From: an uncultured Eubacteriales bacterium
GTDB taxonomy: Bacteria; Bacillota_I; Bacilli_A; Acholeplasmatales; Anaeroplasmataceae
Assembly (NCBI GenBank): GCA_963628445.1
Contig: CAVGEZ010000092.1
Coordinates: forward strand, 10,634 to 74,633
Direction: 5' to 3'
Length of the DNA: 64,000 nucleotides
Part shown: positions 47,366 to 56,895 of the stretch, one piece after another
Position numbering within the stretch: the stretch's first letter is position 1
How the letters are laid out: each line of letters begins with the position of its first letter
The notes under the pieces: model-generated
What the model was told of the DNA's origin: nothing
Seen by the model: only the letters and a program-made list of their open reading frames with translations
Databases searched by the model: none
Program-made: the position numbers and the translations under genes

Positions 47366-49318
47366 TTAATGAATCCAGTAATCACCAATTTCTATATCTG
47401 CTTTAAGTGGAATAATTTTACAAAAATAAGTTCCAGCTTTTTCCATACATTTTATAAGTAAATCTCCAACTTCTTTTGCTAATTCTTCAGGAGCTTCCAC
47501 ACAGTACTCATCATGAACCATATTTACTATTTTTACTTTATTAAACCACCCTCTTTTTACTATGTTGTTAAAGAATAAACAACCAGCTAATTTTGAACAG
47601 TCTGCACTACTACCTTGTATAGGATAGTTTTGAGAAAGTCTTTGAATTTCTGCTTCAGCTGTTCTATATTCTTCAGCATGTGTAGGATTTCCCATCTCAA
47701 CTTCTTCTCTGTATTTAATAAAAGGATTATTAGAGCTTATAAAGAATTTTCTTCCAGTCAGTGGATTATATTGAATATAACCACATTGTTTAGTCTTATT
47801 TAATACATACTGAAAGTAATTTTTTAATCCAGAAAATGCTTTAAAGTAGTTTCTATAAACCTCTTCACCTTGAGCCTTAGAACAACCAGTATTTCTTGCA
47901 ATAGTTGCTCCGTTTCCTCCATATCCAATGGCAAATTCAGCAGTTTTTGCTGTTTGTCTTAAGTCGTGATGATTTTTCTTAATAGAAATAAGATCCTCAT
48001 TAGTTAATTCATTTATAGGTTTTGTCTGTAATTCTTTATATAATAGAAAAGCTACATAACTATGCATATCTTCTAATCCTTTTCGATAAAAGTTAATTAA
48101 ACTTTCATCATGTGCAAAATTAGCTAATACAATACTTTCTTGTGCGGAATAGTCTGCAGATAAGAATTTATTTCCGGGTTCGGCAATAAAGCAACTTCTT
48201 GTATAAGCATCATTTGGTAAATTTTGAAGATTAGGAGAGTTTCTACTTTTTTCTCCACAACTTAACCGACCTGTATTCATTATTTGCCTATAAGTCGTAT
48301 GTATTCGACCTGTTACAGGATTTATCATATCTTCCCATTTCAATCCATAAGTACTTACAGTTTTTTGTAAAGCTTTGTAATTAAAATATAATTTTAATAT
48401 AGGAAATTTTGATATTTGAAATTTTAAAGCTTTTTCTTCAATAGTTTCTTTAGTTTTTCCTTTTATTTTAATTGTACAGTCTATTCCTATTTTTTTAAAG
48501 AGAGGTATAACTTGTAAAGGGCTGTTCCAATTTATTAAACTTTCATAACCTTCAAAAAATAAATTAGCACCATCAATATACTCCTTATAATTATTATCAT
48601 ATAACCATTTATTTAAGGTATATTGAGCTTCTTCTAATTTTCTTAAATTATCATAAGCCTGCTTTTTCCATTTTTCCCAATTAAGTTTAATTCCACAATA
48701 TTCTATGTAAGCAAGACATTTTACAAATTCGTTATCAATTTTTAAAGCACCTTCTAAATGAGCATAAGAGATTTCTTTCATCTGTTTTTTCATAACAATC
48801 TCAAGAAATTTTACATCTCTAGCACCATAAACTATTACTTCTGAGGATAAACCTTGTGTGATAATTTTTCCTCTAACAGATTTATCTAATTCTTCATTAC
48901 AATACTTTTTTACTATAGTTTTTAAATCTCTTCCTCCTTCTTGAAGTCCAAGAGTCAAAATATATTCTGCAAGCATTGTATCATAAATCTTATTTAATAA
49001 AACATTCTGTTTATAAAAGAATTGTAAATCAAACTTAGCATTCTGTAAAATAAAAGTTCCATTAAAATTATTGAGAAACTTTTTTAATACATCGGGGATT
49101 TTATAATTAAAGGATTCTATATTAAAAACTATTTGAAAATCTGGACAACCTAGCTGTAGAGTTAAAAGTTTTTTAGAGTGACAATCTAATCCAGATGTTT
49201 CAGTATCAGTACTTATATATTCTAATTTTTCCAGCTTAACAAGAGCTTCTTCTAATGTAATTACTTCATATAAAGGGTTTTCTAAAAGGTATAAATCATT
49301 GCTTACTAAATAAATCAT
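47366..49318 (-). CDS. family A DNA polymerase with 3'-5' exonuclease domain
   Basis: - Exonuclease motifs: DTETSGLD, NAKFDLQF, YGARDV.
- Polymerase motif A: LSADYSAQESIVLA.
- Polymerase motif B: RQTAKTAEFAIGYGG.
- Polymerase motif C: VNMVHDEY. Confidence 0.9.
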   Translation of the reverse strand: MIYLVSNDLYLLENPLYEVITLEEALVKLEKLEYISTDTETSGLDCHSKKLLTLQLGCPDFQIVFNIESFNYKIPDVLKKFLNNFNGTFILQNAKFDLQFFYKQNVLLNKIYDTMLAEYILTLGLQEGGRDLKTIVKKYCNEELDKSVRGKIITQGLSSEVIVYGARDVKFLEIVMKKQMKEISYAHLEGALKIDNEFVKCLAYIEYCGIKLNWEKWKKQAYDNLRKLEEAQYTLNKWLYDNNYKEYIDGANLFFEGYESLINWNSPLQVIPLFKKIGIDCTIKIKGKTKETIEEKALKFQISKFPILKLYFNYKALQKTVSTYGLKWEDMINPVTGRIHTTYRQIMNTGRLSCGEKSRNSPNLQNLPNDAYTRSCFIAEPGNKFLSADYSAQESIVLANFAHDESLINFYRKGLEDMHSYVAFLLYKELQTKPINELTNEDLISIKKNHHDLRQTAKTAEFAIGYGGNGATIARNTGCSKAQGEEVYRNYFKAFSGLKNYFQYVLNKTKQCGYIQYNPLTGRKFFISSNNPFIKYREEVEMGNPTHAEEYRTAEAEIQRLSQNYPIQGSSADCSKLAGCLFFNNIVKRGWFNKVKIVNMVHDEYCVEAPEELAKEVGDLLIKCMEKAGTYFCKIIPLKADIEIGDYWIH

Positions 49319-50172
49319 AGAAAATTAACAAGTTTACTTCCATATTTATCTTTTATATTTTTTAAAGCACCTCTTAAGAGTTGTTTAACTCGTTCTTCTC
49401 CTATACCAAACCTATTGGCTATTTCCTCAAAAGACATTTTATCTACATTAATACCAAATATCATCCTAATAATATCACTTTCTCTATTAGAGATGTTAGA
49501 TAAAATTAATTCTAATTCTTTACTTAAATCTTCTTTTAAGATATGTTCATTAGGAAGTTCCGAATTATTATTTGGAAACACGTCTATTAAGCTACTACTA
49601 TCAGCTTCTTTAAAAGGTGCTTCTAATGAAACTGTTCTATAATAAGTAGCTGCTGCATTAGCTATTTTTTGTGCAGATAAATTAGTCATATTCTCTAACT
49701 CATCTGTAGATGGCAGAATTTCGTTTTCTGCTTCATATTGTCTACTAATCTTATTAATTTTTACATTATTTAATAATTGATTAGTAGGTACTCTAATAAT
49801 TTTACTTTTATCAAACAAAGCTTTTAAAATGCTTTGCCTAATCCACCAAACAGCATAGCTAATAAATCTAAATCCTCTACTAGGATCATAATTTTGGCCT
49901 GCTTTTATTAGTCCACAATTCCCCTCTTGTATAAGGTCTACTAAATCTAAGCCTTTCCCTTGATATTGTTTAGCTACTGATATTACAAATCTTAAATTGG
50001 CATTTATTAAATCTCTAATAGCTTTATTATCTCCTTCTTTTACTCTTTGAGTTAATTTAATTTCTTCTTCAGGAGATAATACAGAATACTTGGAAACCTC
50101 CCTGAAATATGATTTCAGAGAGGAGTCTTTTCTATCTGTTGCAAGTTGTTTTATAACAAACTTTTTGCCCAT
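49315..50172 (-). CDS. sigma-70 family RNA polymerase sigma factor (primary-sigma-like, 285 aa)
   Basis: Region 2 is ANLRFVISVAKQYQGKGLDLVDLIQEGNCGLIKAGQNYDPSRGFRFISYAVWWIRQSI. A region 3 is present. The region 4 HTH is SFEEIANRFGIGEERVKQLLRGAL. Confidence 0.85.
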   Translation of the reverse strand: MGKKFVIKQLATDRKDSSLKSYFREVSKYSVLSPEEEIKLTQRVKEGDNKAIRDLINANLRFVISVAKQYQGKGLDLVDLIQEGNCGLIKAGQNYDPSRGFRFISYAVWWIRQSILKALFDKSKIIRVPTNQLLNNVKINKISRQYEAENEILPSTDELENMTNLSAQKIANAAATYYRTVSLEAPFKEADSSSLIDVFPNNNSELPNEHILKEDLSKELELILSNISNRESDIIRMIFGINVDKMSFEEIANRFGIGEERVKQLLRGALKNIKDKYGSKLVNFL

Positions 50173-50600
50173 TTAGTTAAATTATTATGAATAGTGATAT
50201 TATCTCCCCAAACATGGTCTTTTACTGCATCTTGGATGCTTTTATTTTGATAAATCATTTCAAGCATAGCTTCCCATGTAGCAGTATCTCTTACCCATGA
50301 ATCTTTATCTGACTTTGTAATATAATTAAATACAAAAAGTATTTGGAGTTTTCTAAAAATTCTAATTTCAATAAATGGAGGCCATTCATGTCTAACCATG
50401 TCATACTTAAGTTTCCATCCTACTCCACTACTTAAAAATCCAAAAATAGGATTGTAGTAATCTTTTCTTATTGGCATACCAAAGAACCAAGTAGGTTTTC
50501 CTATATGAATATGAATATAAGGAAATTTAAACCACTTATGAGCTTTCCACCATAAATAAAATGGATTATTATACTCATTCCACAACTTTGCTAATTTCAT
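50151..50600 (-). CDS. hypothetical protein
   Basis: Packed standard-code ORF, Trp-rich. Confidence 0.5.
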   Translation of the reverse strand: MKLAKLWNEYNNPFYLWWKAHKWFKFPYIHIHIGKPTWFFGMPIRKDYYNPIFGFLSSGVGWKLKYDMVRHEWPPFIEIRIFRKLQILFVFNYITKSDKDSWVRDTATWEAMLEMIYQNKSIQDAVKDHVWGDNITIHNNLTKWAKSLL

Positions 50601-50892
50601 ATTCTCTTAAAAGATTAGCCATACCTTGTGCAAGCATTTCATTTTGCTCCATACCTAAGAAAAATAAGAAGCAGTGAGTTAATTCATGCATAAAAGTATT
50701 TAATATTTGTTCTTTATTTAACTCAGTTTCATAAATATTTAAAGCTATTTTTATTTCTAATTTTTCAGAACACCAACAGCCATAAATTTCACCATCCCCG
50801 AGATCTACTCTATCTTCTACAGAAACAGTAATGTGATGATTAATCAGAGTAAACTCTTTTGGTATTAATTTATAAACATCCTCAGATTTCAT
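50575..50892 (-). CDS. small HExxH-motif protein (possible zinc metallopeptidase fold)
   Basis: FMHELTHCF in a 105-aa protein. The call rests on this motif only. Confidence 0.5.
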   Translation of the reverse strand: MKSEDVYKLIPKEFTLINHHITVSVEDRVDLGDGEIYGCWCSEKLEIKIALNIYETELNKEQILNTFMHELTHCFLFFLGMEQNEMLAQGMANLLREYEISKVVE

Positions 50893-52106
50893 TCTAAATC
50901 AAATCTAAATATACGTAATTTAGGTTGAGTAGGGATTCCCTCTGCAGAATAATTAAAGAATGTACACTCTGCTATATGATTCTTATAAGTACTTTCAAAA
51001 TTCTTTACATAATCCTCTTTAACTTCTCTACATCCTACAGGCATTGCTTCAAATGTTCTTCCATCAGGTAGTTCACAAGTGAAAGTCATATCTTCTGAAC
51101 CTCTTTTTCCAAGCTTATAACCAATCACTTTAAAATCTTCTGATTTATATTCTTTAATTTTGATAAGATTATTGCAACGTGCACCTACCTTATAAGGCTT
51201 AGAAGGGTCAGTAATTACAGCTCCTTCAAATCCTTCAGCAACCCATTCATCATGAAGCTTCTTCATATTATCCCAACCAGATACATATTCATGTACTAAT
51301 AAACGAATAGAATCTTTGAGTTGATCATCTTCTATAGATGAGTACATAGGAATCCTACATTCCTTACATAGAGAGTTCATTAAAAATCCCCAGCGATCAT
51401 TAGCTACCATTTCGGGATTACTTGCATCATAGCAATCATAAATCCAATATTGCAAACATTCAGAGTCTACTGCGTTCTTTTCCATTCTGGCAGCACCACT
51501 AAGGAATTGAAGACTTTTTCCTCGAGCAAATAATTCTCCATCTAATATTACTGTTGGATTTTGTTCAAAAAACTTAATAAGGCTAGCGTCTTCTCTAAGA
51601 TGAGTAGTAGAAGCATCATAATCTGATCCACCTCTACTTGCTGTATGTATTTCACCATCTTTATAGTAGAATAAAGCTTTTACCCCATCAAGTTTCCGTG
51701 ATATAAGCCACTCTTTATCAAAGATTTTTCTATTAGTAACCTTATCAGCTTGTTTAGCAAGTTGAGGTTTAATAACCCCTGCTTGATTTGTTTTAATCTC
51801 GCCAAACATAGAATTAAGTTCTTCATCAGTATACTCATTTGGATGCTTTTCTACTTGTATATAACCCTTATCTAGATAGCCTTTAACAAAACTATTAAAT
51901 TGAAGTATTGCTTGTTCTCTGTGAGTTCTGCCTGCTTTACCTACTTTAATCCAAGTATCTGGGCTTTTAGTTGTTTTACCTCTTACTTGACCGTACTCAC
52001 GAGTGAGAAGGAACCCATGCTCGGGTTCCTTCCATTCTTCATCCCATGTAACAACCACAAAACGAAATTTATTGGTTGCTGATTTGCTTAATAAATATGT
52101 TATCAT
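50889..52106 (-). CDS. ATP-dependent DNA ligase
   Basis: Motif I SRKLDGVKA (KxDG). Motif III VILDGELF. Motif IV-like YWIYDCY. Motif V EGAVITD and LIKIKE. Confidence 0.85.
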   Translation of the reverse strand: MITYLLSKSATNKFRFVVVTWDEEWKEPEHGFLLTREYGQVRGKTTKSPDTWIKVGKAGRTHREQAILQFNSFVKGYLDKGYIQVEKHPNEYTDEELNSMFGEIKTNQAGVIKPQLAKQADKVTNRKIFDKEWLISRKLDGVKALFYYKDGEIHTASRGGSDYDASTTHLREDASLIKFFEQNPTVILDGELFARGKSLQFLSGAARMEKNAVDSECLQYWIYDCYDASNPEMVANDRWGFLMNSLCKECRIPMYSSIEDDQLKDSIRLLVHEYVSGWDNMKKLHDEWVAEGFEGAVITDPSKPYKVGARCNNLIKIKEYKSEDFKVIGYKLGKRGSEDMTFTCELPDGRTFEAMPVGCREVKEDYVKNFESTYKNHIAECTFFNYSAEGIPTQPKLRIFRFDLE

Positions 52107-52411
52107 TTACGATTATTTCTAACAATATTCCAAAGATCATCTAAAGTCTTAGTAGGTATTTCTATGCCATTAATAGACATCTGACATTCAGGGTCCTCTG
52201 GATCTCTTTCGTAAAGCCACCAATTAATATCATCTATCGCATTTTCATTAAAATTTATATTGAGAGCTTTATCAAATAATTTAGTAGCATAACCTATCCA
52301 CACACCTTCATAAGGATTGTCGATTCCTAAAATATTAGAAGTAGCTTCAACATCTTTTTGCCATTCTTGAAAATCTTCAATAAGATCAAAAAATTCAGAT
52401 TTAGTTATCAT
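52103..52411 (-). CDS. hypothetical protein
   Basis: Packed standard-code ORF. Confidence 0.5.
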   Translation of the reverse strand: MITKSEFFDLIEDFQEWQKDVEATSNILGIDNPYEGVWIGYATKLFDKALNINFNENAIDDINWWLYERDPEDPECQMSINGIEIPTKTLDDLWNIVRNNRK

Positions 52412-52806
52412 TAATAAGAAATTTCAAATGAAATATCATCCCCCTGCTCTAAACAAGGAAGTAATGTATCTTTTACAAATTCTGCAACTTGTTTAACATC
52501 TTCTATGTAATGTTCATCATAATCTGTATTTCCAAAGAAAAATCCTTCACAAGTCGGTAATAATTCAGGGCCTTTAAAAGGATTCTCTAATACTTTATTA
52601 CATAATTCTAATAGTTCTTGAGCATCCATCTCATCTATAATAATAGGAACACAGTTCTCTACTGTATAACCCCTATTATTAAAAAAAGAAACTAAGAAAT
52701 TCACTTTTCTAAAATACCCTACTTCTTCTTGTTCCATGGGGATACGTTCATTAGTAGGATGTTCCTTATATTTACAAAAATATATATCAAGTCCCATGCG
52801 TATCAA
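52411..52806 (-). CDS. hypothetical protein
   Basis: Packed standard-code ORF. Confidence 0.5.
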   Translation of the reverse strand: MIRMGLDIYFCKYKEHPTNERIPMEQEEVGYFRKVNFLVSFFNNRGYTVENCVPIIIDEMDAQELLELCNKVLENPFKGPELLPTCEGFFFGNTDYDEHYIEDVKQVAEFVKDTLLPCLEQGDDISFEISY

Positions 52807-53108
52807 TATAAATAAATTGAATCAATATAATTTTCTGAAAAGAAAGTATCTTGTTTTACAAATGTTCTATAGTCAGAAACTTCATTTTCTTCTAATTCAT
52901 CAGCTTTACAATTACATTTATCCATTATCCAATCTAAATCATAAGAATAAGCATTTTTGAGAAATGATTTTGCATCTTCTTCAGATTTAGTAGCATAAAG
53001 AATTTCAAATTGATTTTCTGATGGAGTTTGATAATTATTAATTACAAGGTAGATCTCAGAACAATTTGTATACTTAGCTATAAATTCATTATCTCTCATA
53101 TTAAACAA
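52803..53108 (-). CDS. hypothetical protein
   Basis: Packed standard-code ORF. Confidence 0.5.
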   Translation of the reverse strand: MFNMRDNEFIAKYTNCSEIYLVINNYQTPSENQFEILYATKSEEDAKSFLKNAYSYDLDWIMDKCNCKADELEENEVSDYRTFVKQDTFFSENYIDSIYLY

Positions 53109-53334
53109 ATTCTTTAGTTACTTTCATAACTTTAACATCAAATGTATAATTTATACAAGTATCATCATTTTGAGGATAAATATCCATTGTATATTTATGA
53201 GTTTTCAAAACATTTTCTATCTCTGATTTTTTTAATTTATGCCAAGCAGGAGCTTTTCTTGTTTTATATTGTCTTGAATACCATAAAGACGATTGACTTG
53301 GAATAGCTTTAATATAGTAATTAGGAGTTATCAT
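53101..53334 (-). CDS. hypothetical protein
   Basis: Packed standard-code ORF. Confidence 0.45.
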   Translation of the reverse strand: MITPNYYIKAIPSQSSLWYSRQYKTRKAPAWHKLKKSEIENVLKTHKYTMDIYPQNDDTCINYTFDVKVMKVTKEFV

Positions 53335-53840
53335 TTGTTACCACTGTGTCCAAATCCACCTTCTCCTCTTTCAGTTTCATCAAGAGAATCTACTACTTCC
53401 CATTCAATCTTATTAACTTTTTCAAGAAGAGCTTGACATATACGCTCCCCATCTTCAATATAAATATCCTCTAGACCAAGATTTATAACTGGAAGCATCC
53501 ACTCCCCACGATAATCTGCGTCTATAGTACTTGGAGAGTTAGCCAACTGTAGACCTTTCTTAATAGCCATACCAGAACGGGGTCTGAATGATACTTGATA
53601 ACCTTCTGGAATTGCAGTAAATAATCCTGTGGGCAAAAGTGCCCTACTCATAGGAGCAATACGTATCATAGGGACTGTATGTCCTTCTCCAGACCAAATA
53701 ACTTCAGCATCACCAAAACCTTTAATAGGATTTTCAGGAGTTACACGACTAAGGTCAATACGAATATCAAGAGCTGCAGCACCTTTAGATTCATACTTTG
53801 GGAGTTTGTTGTTACTAATGTTAATTACTTTTACTTTCAT
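53331..53840 (-). CDS. dut: dUTP diphosphatase
   Basis: Motifs AAALDIR, RPRSGMAIKKG, TIDADYRGE and RGEGGFGHSG. Confidence 0.9.
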   Translation of the reverse strand: MKVKVINISNNKLPKYESKGAAALDIRIDLSRVTPENPIKGFGDAEVIWSGEGHTVPMIRIAPMSRALLPTGLFTAIPEGYQVSFRPRSGMAIKKGLQLANSPSTIDADYRGEWMLPVINLGLEDIYIEDGERICQALLEKVNKIEWEVVDSLDETERGEGGFGHSGNK

Positions 53841-54096
53841 TGTTATTAAGATATTTAATTAAAGAATCAATTACATCTTCCGCTTCGGAATAAAAAGCCT
53901 TAATAGGTTTATTTTTATCTAGAATAACTGCAAAAGGATCTAATCTAGCTGCATAATGAGATTTTAATCTATATGCTTCTTTCTTACCTTTTTTAGCCAT
54001 TGCGTCAATAAAATGAAAAATCAGAGTATACTTAGAAGTATCTCCGATTCTATTTAATTGCTCTTCATTATTATAAACAACAAAAACGTCTGTCAT
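53821..54096 (-). CDS. hypothetical protein
   Basis: Packed standard-code ORF. Confidence 0.45.
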   Translation of the reverse strand: MTDVFVVYNNEEQLNRIGDTSKYTLIFHFIDAMAKKGKKEAYRLKSHYAARLDPFAVILDKNKPIKAFYSEAEDVIDSLIKYLNNNESKSN

Positions 54097-54299
54097 AATA
54101 GTATAAACACACCACAGATTAATCCAAGTAATCCATCAATTATAAGAATAATTATAGCTTTCTTTTGAAAGCTTTCAAAATTATCTTTTATTTGATAAAA
54201 TAGATCTTTTGCAAGTTCTTGCTTTTCTTGACTTCCAACTATACATAACTTACTTAAGCTAAATATTATTAAAATAATTGCCCATATCTTCATTTCCAA
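54093..54299 (-). CDS. small membrane protein
   Basis: Hydrophobic segments at both the N and C termini (IWAIILIIFSL..., IIILIIDGLLGLICGVFILL). Confidence 0.45.
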   Translation of the reverse strand: MEMKIWAIILIIFSLSKLCIVGSQEKQELAKDLFYQIKDNFESFQKKAIIILIIDGLLGLICGVFILL

Positions 54300-54757
54300 A
54301 ATTTATTTGTAATATCAATTAAAGTATTAGAATCTTTATTATATTCTACTTTATACATTTTTTGATTAGTATTAGGGTTATTTATTGGACCTTTTTCTTC
54401 TATATAAGGGCCAAGTTTAATATAATCAAACCATTTTGGACTTATAGATTTATCAAGTTCTTGTCTACCACTATACCAACCAACTTTTAAATTTGTAGAT
54501 TCCTTTATCTGTTGAGCTAAAGTGTTAATATAATGTGGTTCTGCATCACCTCCCATAAACCCAACACAAGTAATCCCTTCATTACTTTCAATAAGTTCTT
54601 TTAATTTTCTCATTGTTAGTAAAGAACCTACATCTTCAGATAAATAAGAAGAGTGACAAGAGGGACAATGGCAAGGACAATTGCTAATATTTATACATAG
54701 TGAAATTTCATCAGGAAATTCACTAAAAGTAACCATTGTATCAACAAACTTTACCAT
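54290..54757 (-). CDS. nrdG: anaerobic ribonucleotide reductase activating protein (radical SAM)
   Basis: CxxxCxxC cluster in NCPCHCPSCH. Small size (155 aa). It sits in the same strand block as nrdD. Confidence 0.75.
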   Translation of the reverse strand: MVKFVDTMVTFSEFPDEISLCINISNCPCHCPSCHSSYLSEDVGSLLTMRKLKELIESNEGITCVGFMGGDAEPHYINTLAQQIKESTNLKVGWYSGRQELDKSISPKWFDYIKLGPYIEEKGPINNPNTNQKMYKVEYNKDSNTLIDITNKFWK

Positions 54758-55016
54758 TATCCCAGACTACGTTACCTTTTTCATTTAATATTTCAATAGT
54801 AGCTACACCATTATTTTTCTCAGTAGGTATAGATTCAATATCTCCTATAAATTCTGTTTCAAGATAATCTATATCACTATCACAGTATATATTATCCCCG
54901 CGTTCATAGCATTTAATAACTTTATTTATTGCTTCTGTAGGAGATTTGACATTTTTAACATCTACTATATGTTTTACCCAAGTAGTTACATATTCATTAA
55001 TAACTATTCGTTCCAT
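54741..55016 (-). CDS. hypothetical protein
   Basis: Packed standard-code ORF. Confidence 0.45.
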   Translation of the reverse strand: MERIVINEYVTTWVKHIVDVKNVKSPTEAINKVIKCYERGDNIYCDSDIDYLETEFIGDIESIPTEKNNGVATIEILNEKGNVVWDNGKVC

Positions 55017-55696
55017 TCTTTTATTTCTTTAGTTTCAGTATTTACAATAAAACATTTTCTACAGTCCAGACAAGCATAATCTTCCTTAATTACAGGATCA
55101 GATTCTTGCTGAGAATGCCCAAATATTTGATAATAGCCTGGAATATGTTTTTCTAGCTCATAGTCTGATAAACTATTCCAAATAGGAGAACCGTATTTAG
55201 AATTACCTCCTCTAGAAAGAGGCACTTCTTCCAAAATACCTTTAAACTCTTGATTAGGATCTTCAATATTGGTTATGTCATGATAATCTAACCACTCTTG
55301 AGTAATTCCTGCATGGCTAAAGAGAATTTTGTCAGTTGGATTATTTTCATATATATGATATATCTTTAAATCTAATGATTCTAATAAACTCTTTACTTCA
55401 TTAGCACGTTTATAATCATATCTACATCTTAAATTACCTTCAAGATAAGAAAAATCGTGGTTCCCTAGTAAGCAACTACACCAACTATCATATTTTTCAG
55501 GGTGTTTTCTTCGTTCTGTTACAAATTTAGATAACTTTCTAAGATTTTCTAATGATTCTTCTTTTGTAGGTTCACCAACTATAGCAGTATAAGGATCATG
55601 ATAATCTCCTAAAAAGACAATAGAACCCCACCAATTATGACAAGGTTCTATCCAAAAATCACGTCCGTGAAGATCCGGAATTACTAGTACTTCCAT
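55004..55696 (-). CDS. calcineurin-like metallophosphoesterase (terminates in TAG)
   Basis: Motifs DLHGR, LGDYHD, GNHD and GHS. Ends ...KEWNE-TAG (55004-55006), with TAA five codons later (54986-54988). Confidence 0.75.
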   Translation of the reverse strand: MEVLVIPDLHGRDFWIEPCHNWWGSIVFLGDYHDPYTAIVGEPTKEESLENLRKLSKFVTERRKHPEKYDSWCSCLLGNHDFSYLEGNLRCRYDYKRANEVKSLLESLDLKIYHIYENNPTDKILFSHAGITQEWLDYHDITNIEDPNQEFKGILEEVPLSRGGNSKYGSPIWNSLSDYELEKHIPGYYQIFGHSQQESDPVIKEDYACLDCRKCFIVNTETKEIKEWNE

Positions 55697-55895
55697 ATTC
55701 TATTACTTTTGTAAGATAGTTTATGGCTTCAAGTTGACCTCTAGTTAAATTAAAAACATTTTCGTTAATACTGATAGTCCAACCTTCACCATTAGACCAT
55801 TCTACTACATTTATAAAATCACTTTCTTTTGCACAATAATCATAAATTTTAAGATCATCTGTGATAGAAGTTACATTTTCTTTTAGTATTCCCAT
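55659..55895 (-). CDS. hypothetical protein
   Basis: Packed standard-code ORF. Confidence 0.45.
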   Translation of the reverse strand: MGILKENVTSITDDLKIYDYCAKESDFINVVEWSNGEGWTISINENVFNLTRGQLEAINYLTKVIEYGSTSNSGSSRT

Positions 55896-56071
55896 AATAC
55901 TTCCTTTTTAGGGTCTATGAATACAGAATCTATTCTAAAGTTTTGATCTATTCCAAGATCTTTAAACCTTTCTTTATATTTTTCAATAAGTTCTTGAGCT
56001 TTTCTATATGTAGTACAAATGTCCAATACTACATCATCTTCAGTATCATTTATAGTCAAAAACAGTGTCAT
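55883..56071 (-). CDS. hypothetical protein
   Basis: Packed standard-code ORF. Confidence 0.4.
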   Translation of the reverse strand: MTLFLTINDTEDDVVLDICTTYRKAQELIEKYKERFKDLGIDQNFRIDSVFIDPKKEVLWEY

Positions 56072-56895
56072 ATTATTATTCCGTTAGATAATGTGAAATT
56101 ATTATATTTTATAGTATATTGAATATGATTATCAACTTGTTCTATAGCTTTAACTTTTGTCCATTGATTTTTAGATAAGTATAAACCATATTTTTTAATA
56201 TCATTAATTGAATAAGGCAATACTTTTCTATCTGTGTTTCTACCTAAAGATACTAATAATGTTTCATATACATCTAAAAAATCTTGGTTGTATGAACATA
56301 TTTTATCATCAGTAAAACTGGCATCTACAATACCCTCTCTAAACTGTACTGATTGAGCAATGCTATCTATATTTAAAATACCCTTTATTATCCAAGTTTG
56401 TAATAATTCAATAAGAGAATTATCATTATAATACATAATAATACATCCATCTATAAGAGCACTTTGTATAGGTTTATATTTTTTGAGATTAGATTTTACA
56501 TTATTATAAACATTAATAGGTATTTTTAAAGTAAAACCTATAGTGTTACCTTCATTTATATTATATTCCCCATACAGAAGAAATAAACCTATTATTAATC
56601 CTTGAGCATAAGATAGATTTTTATCTAGACTAGGTATTGCAGGAAATTCAGAGCTGTTGAGACTTAAAGAATGTTCAATAGATAAGTTTTTAACTGGACA
56701 AACGTTCTTATTGGTTAAGAGAAGATGGTCTCCAGCTAAATAAATTTTTCTACCATTATCAGTAGTAATCTCATAAGAAGTAGTGTCTTCTTTAACAACG
56801 ATACCTTCTTTCCATATACCATTATAAACATATTCAGTAGGCCCTAATTTCAATGTAGGGCTTATATGGATGTGTTCATCTTTCCACAGATACAT
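56068..56895 (-). CDS. free-standing intein-like (Hint) + LAGLIDADG endonuclease protein
   Basis: - Hint block-B-like: SYEITTDNGRKIYLAGDHLLLT.
- Two LAGLIDADG-like motifs: AQGLIIGLFLLYGEY and FREGIVDASFTDD.
- Hint C-terminal-like: YTIKYNNFTLSNGIII.
- It has its own ATG and stop, so it is not in frame with its neighbours. Confidence 0.55.
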   Translation of the reverse strand: MYLWKDEHIHISPTLKLGPTEYVYNGIWKEGIVVKEDTTSYEITTDNGRKIYLAGDHLLLTNKNVCPVKNLSIEHSLSLNSSEFPAIPSLDKNLSYAQGLIIGLFLLYGEYNINEGNTIGFTLKIPINVYNNVKSNLKKYKPIQSALIDGCIIMYYNDNSLIELLQTWIIKGILNIDSIAQSVQFREGIVDASFTDDKICSYNQDFLDVYETLLVSLGRNTDRKVLPYSINDIKKYGLYLSKNQWTKVKAIEQVDNHIQYTIKYNNFTLSNGIII

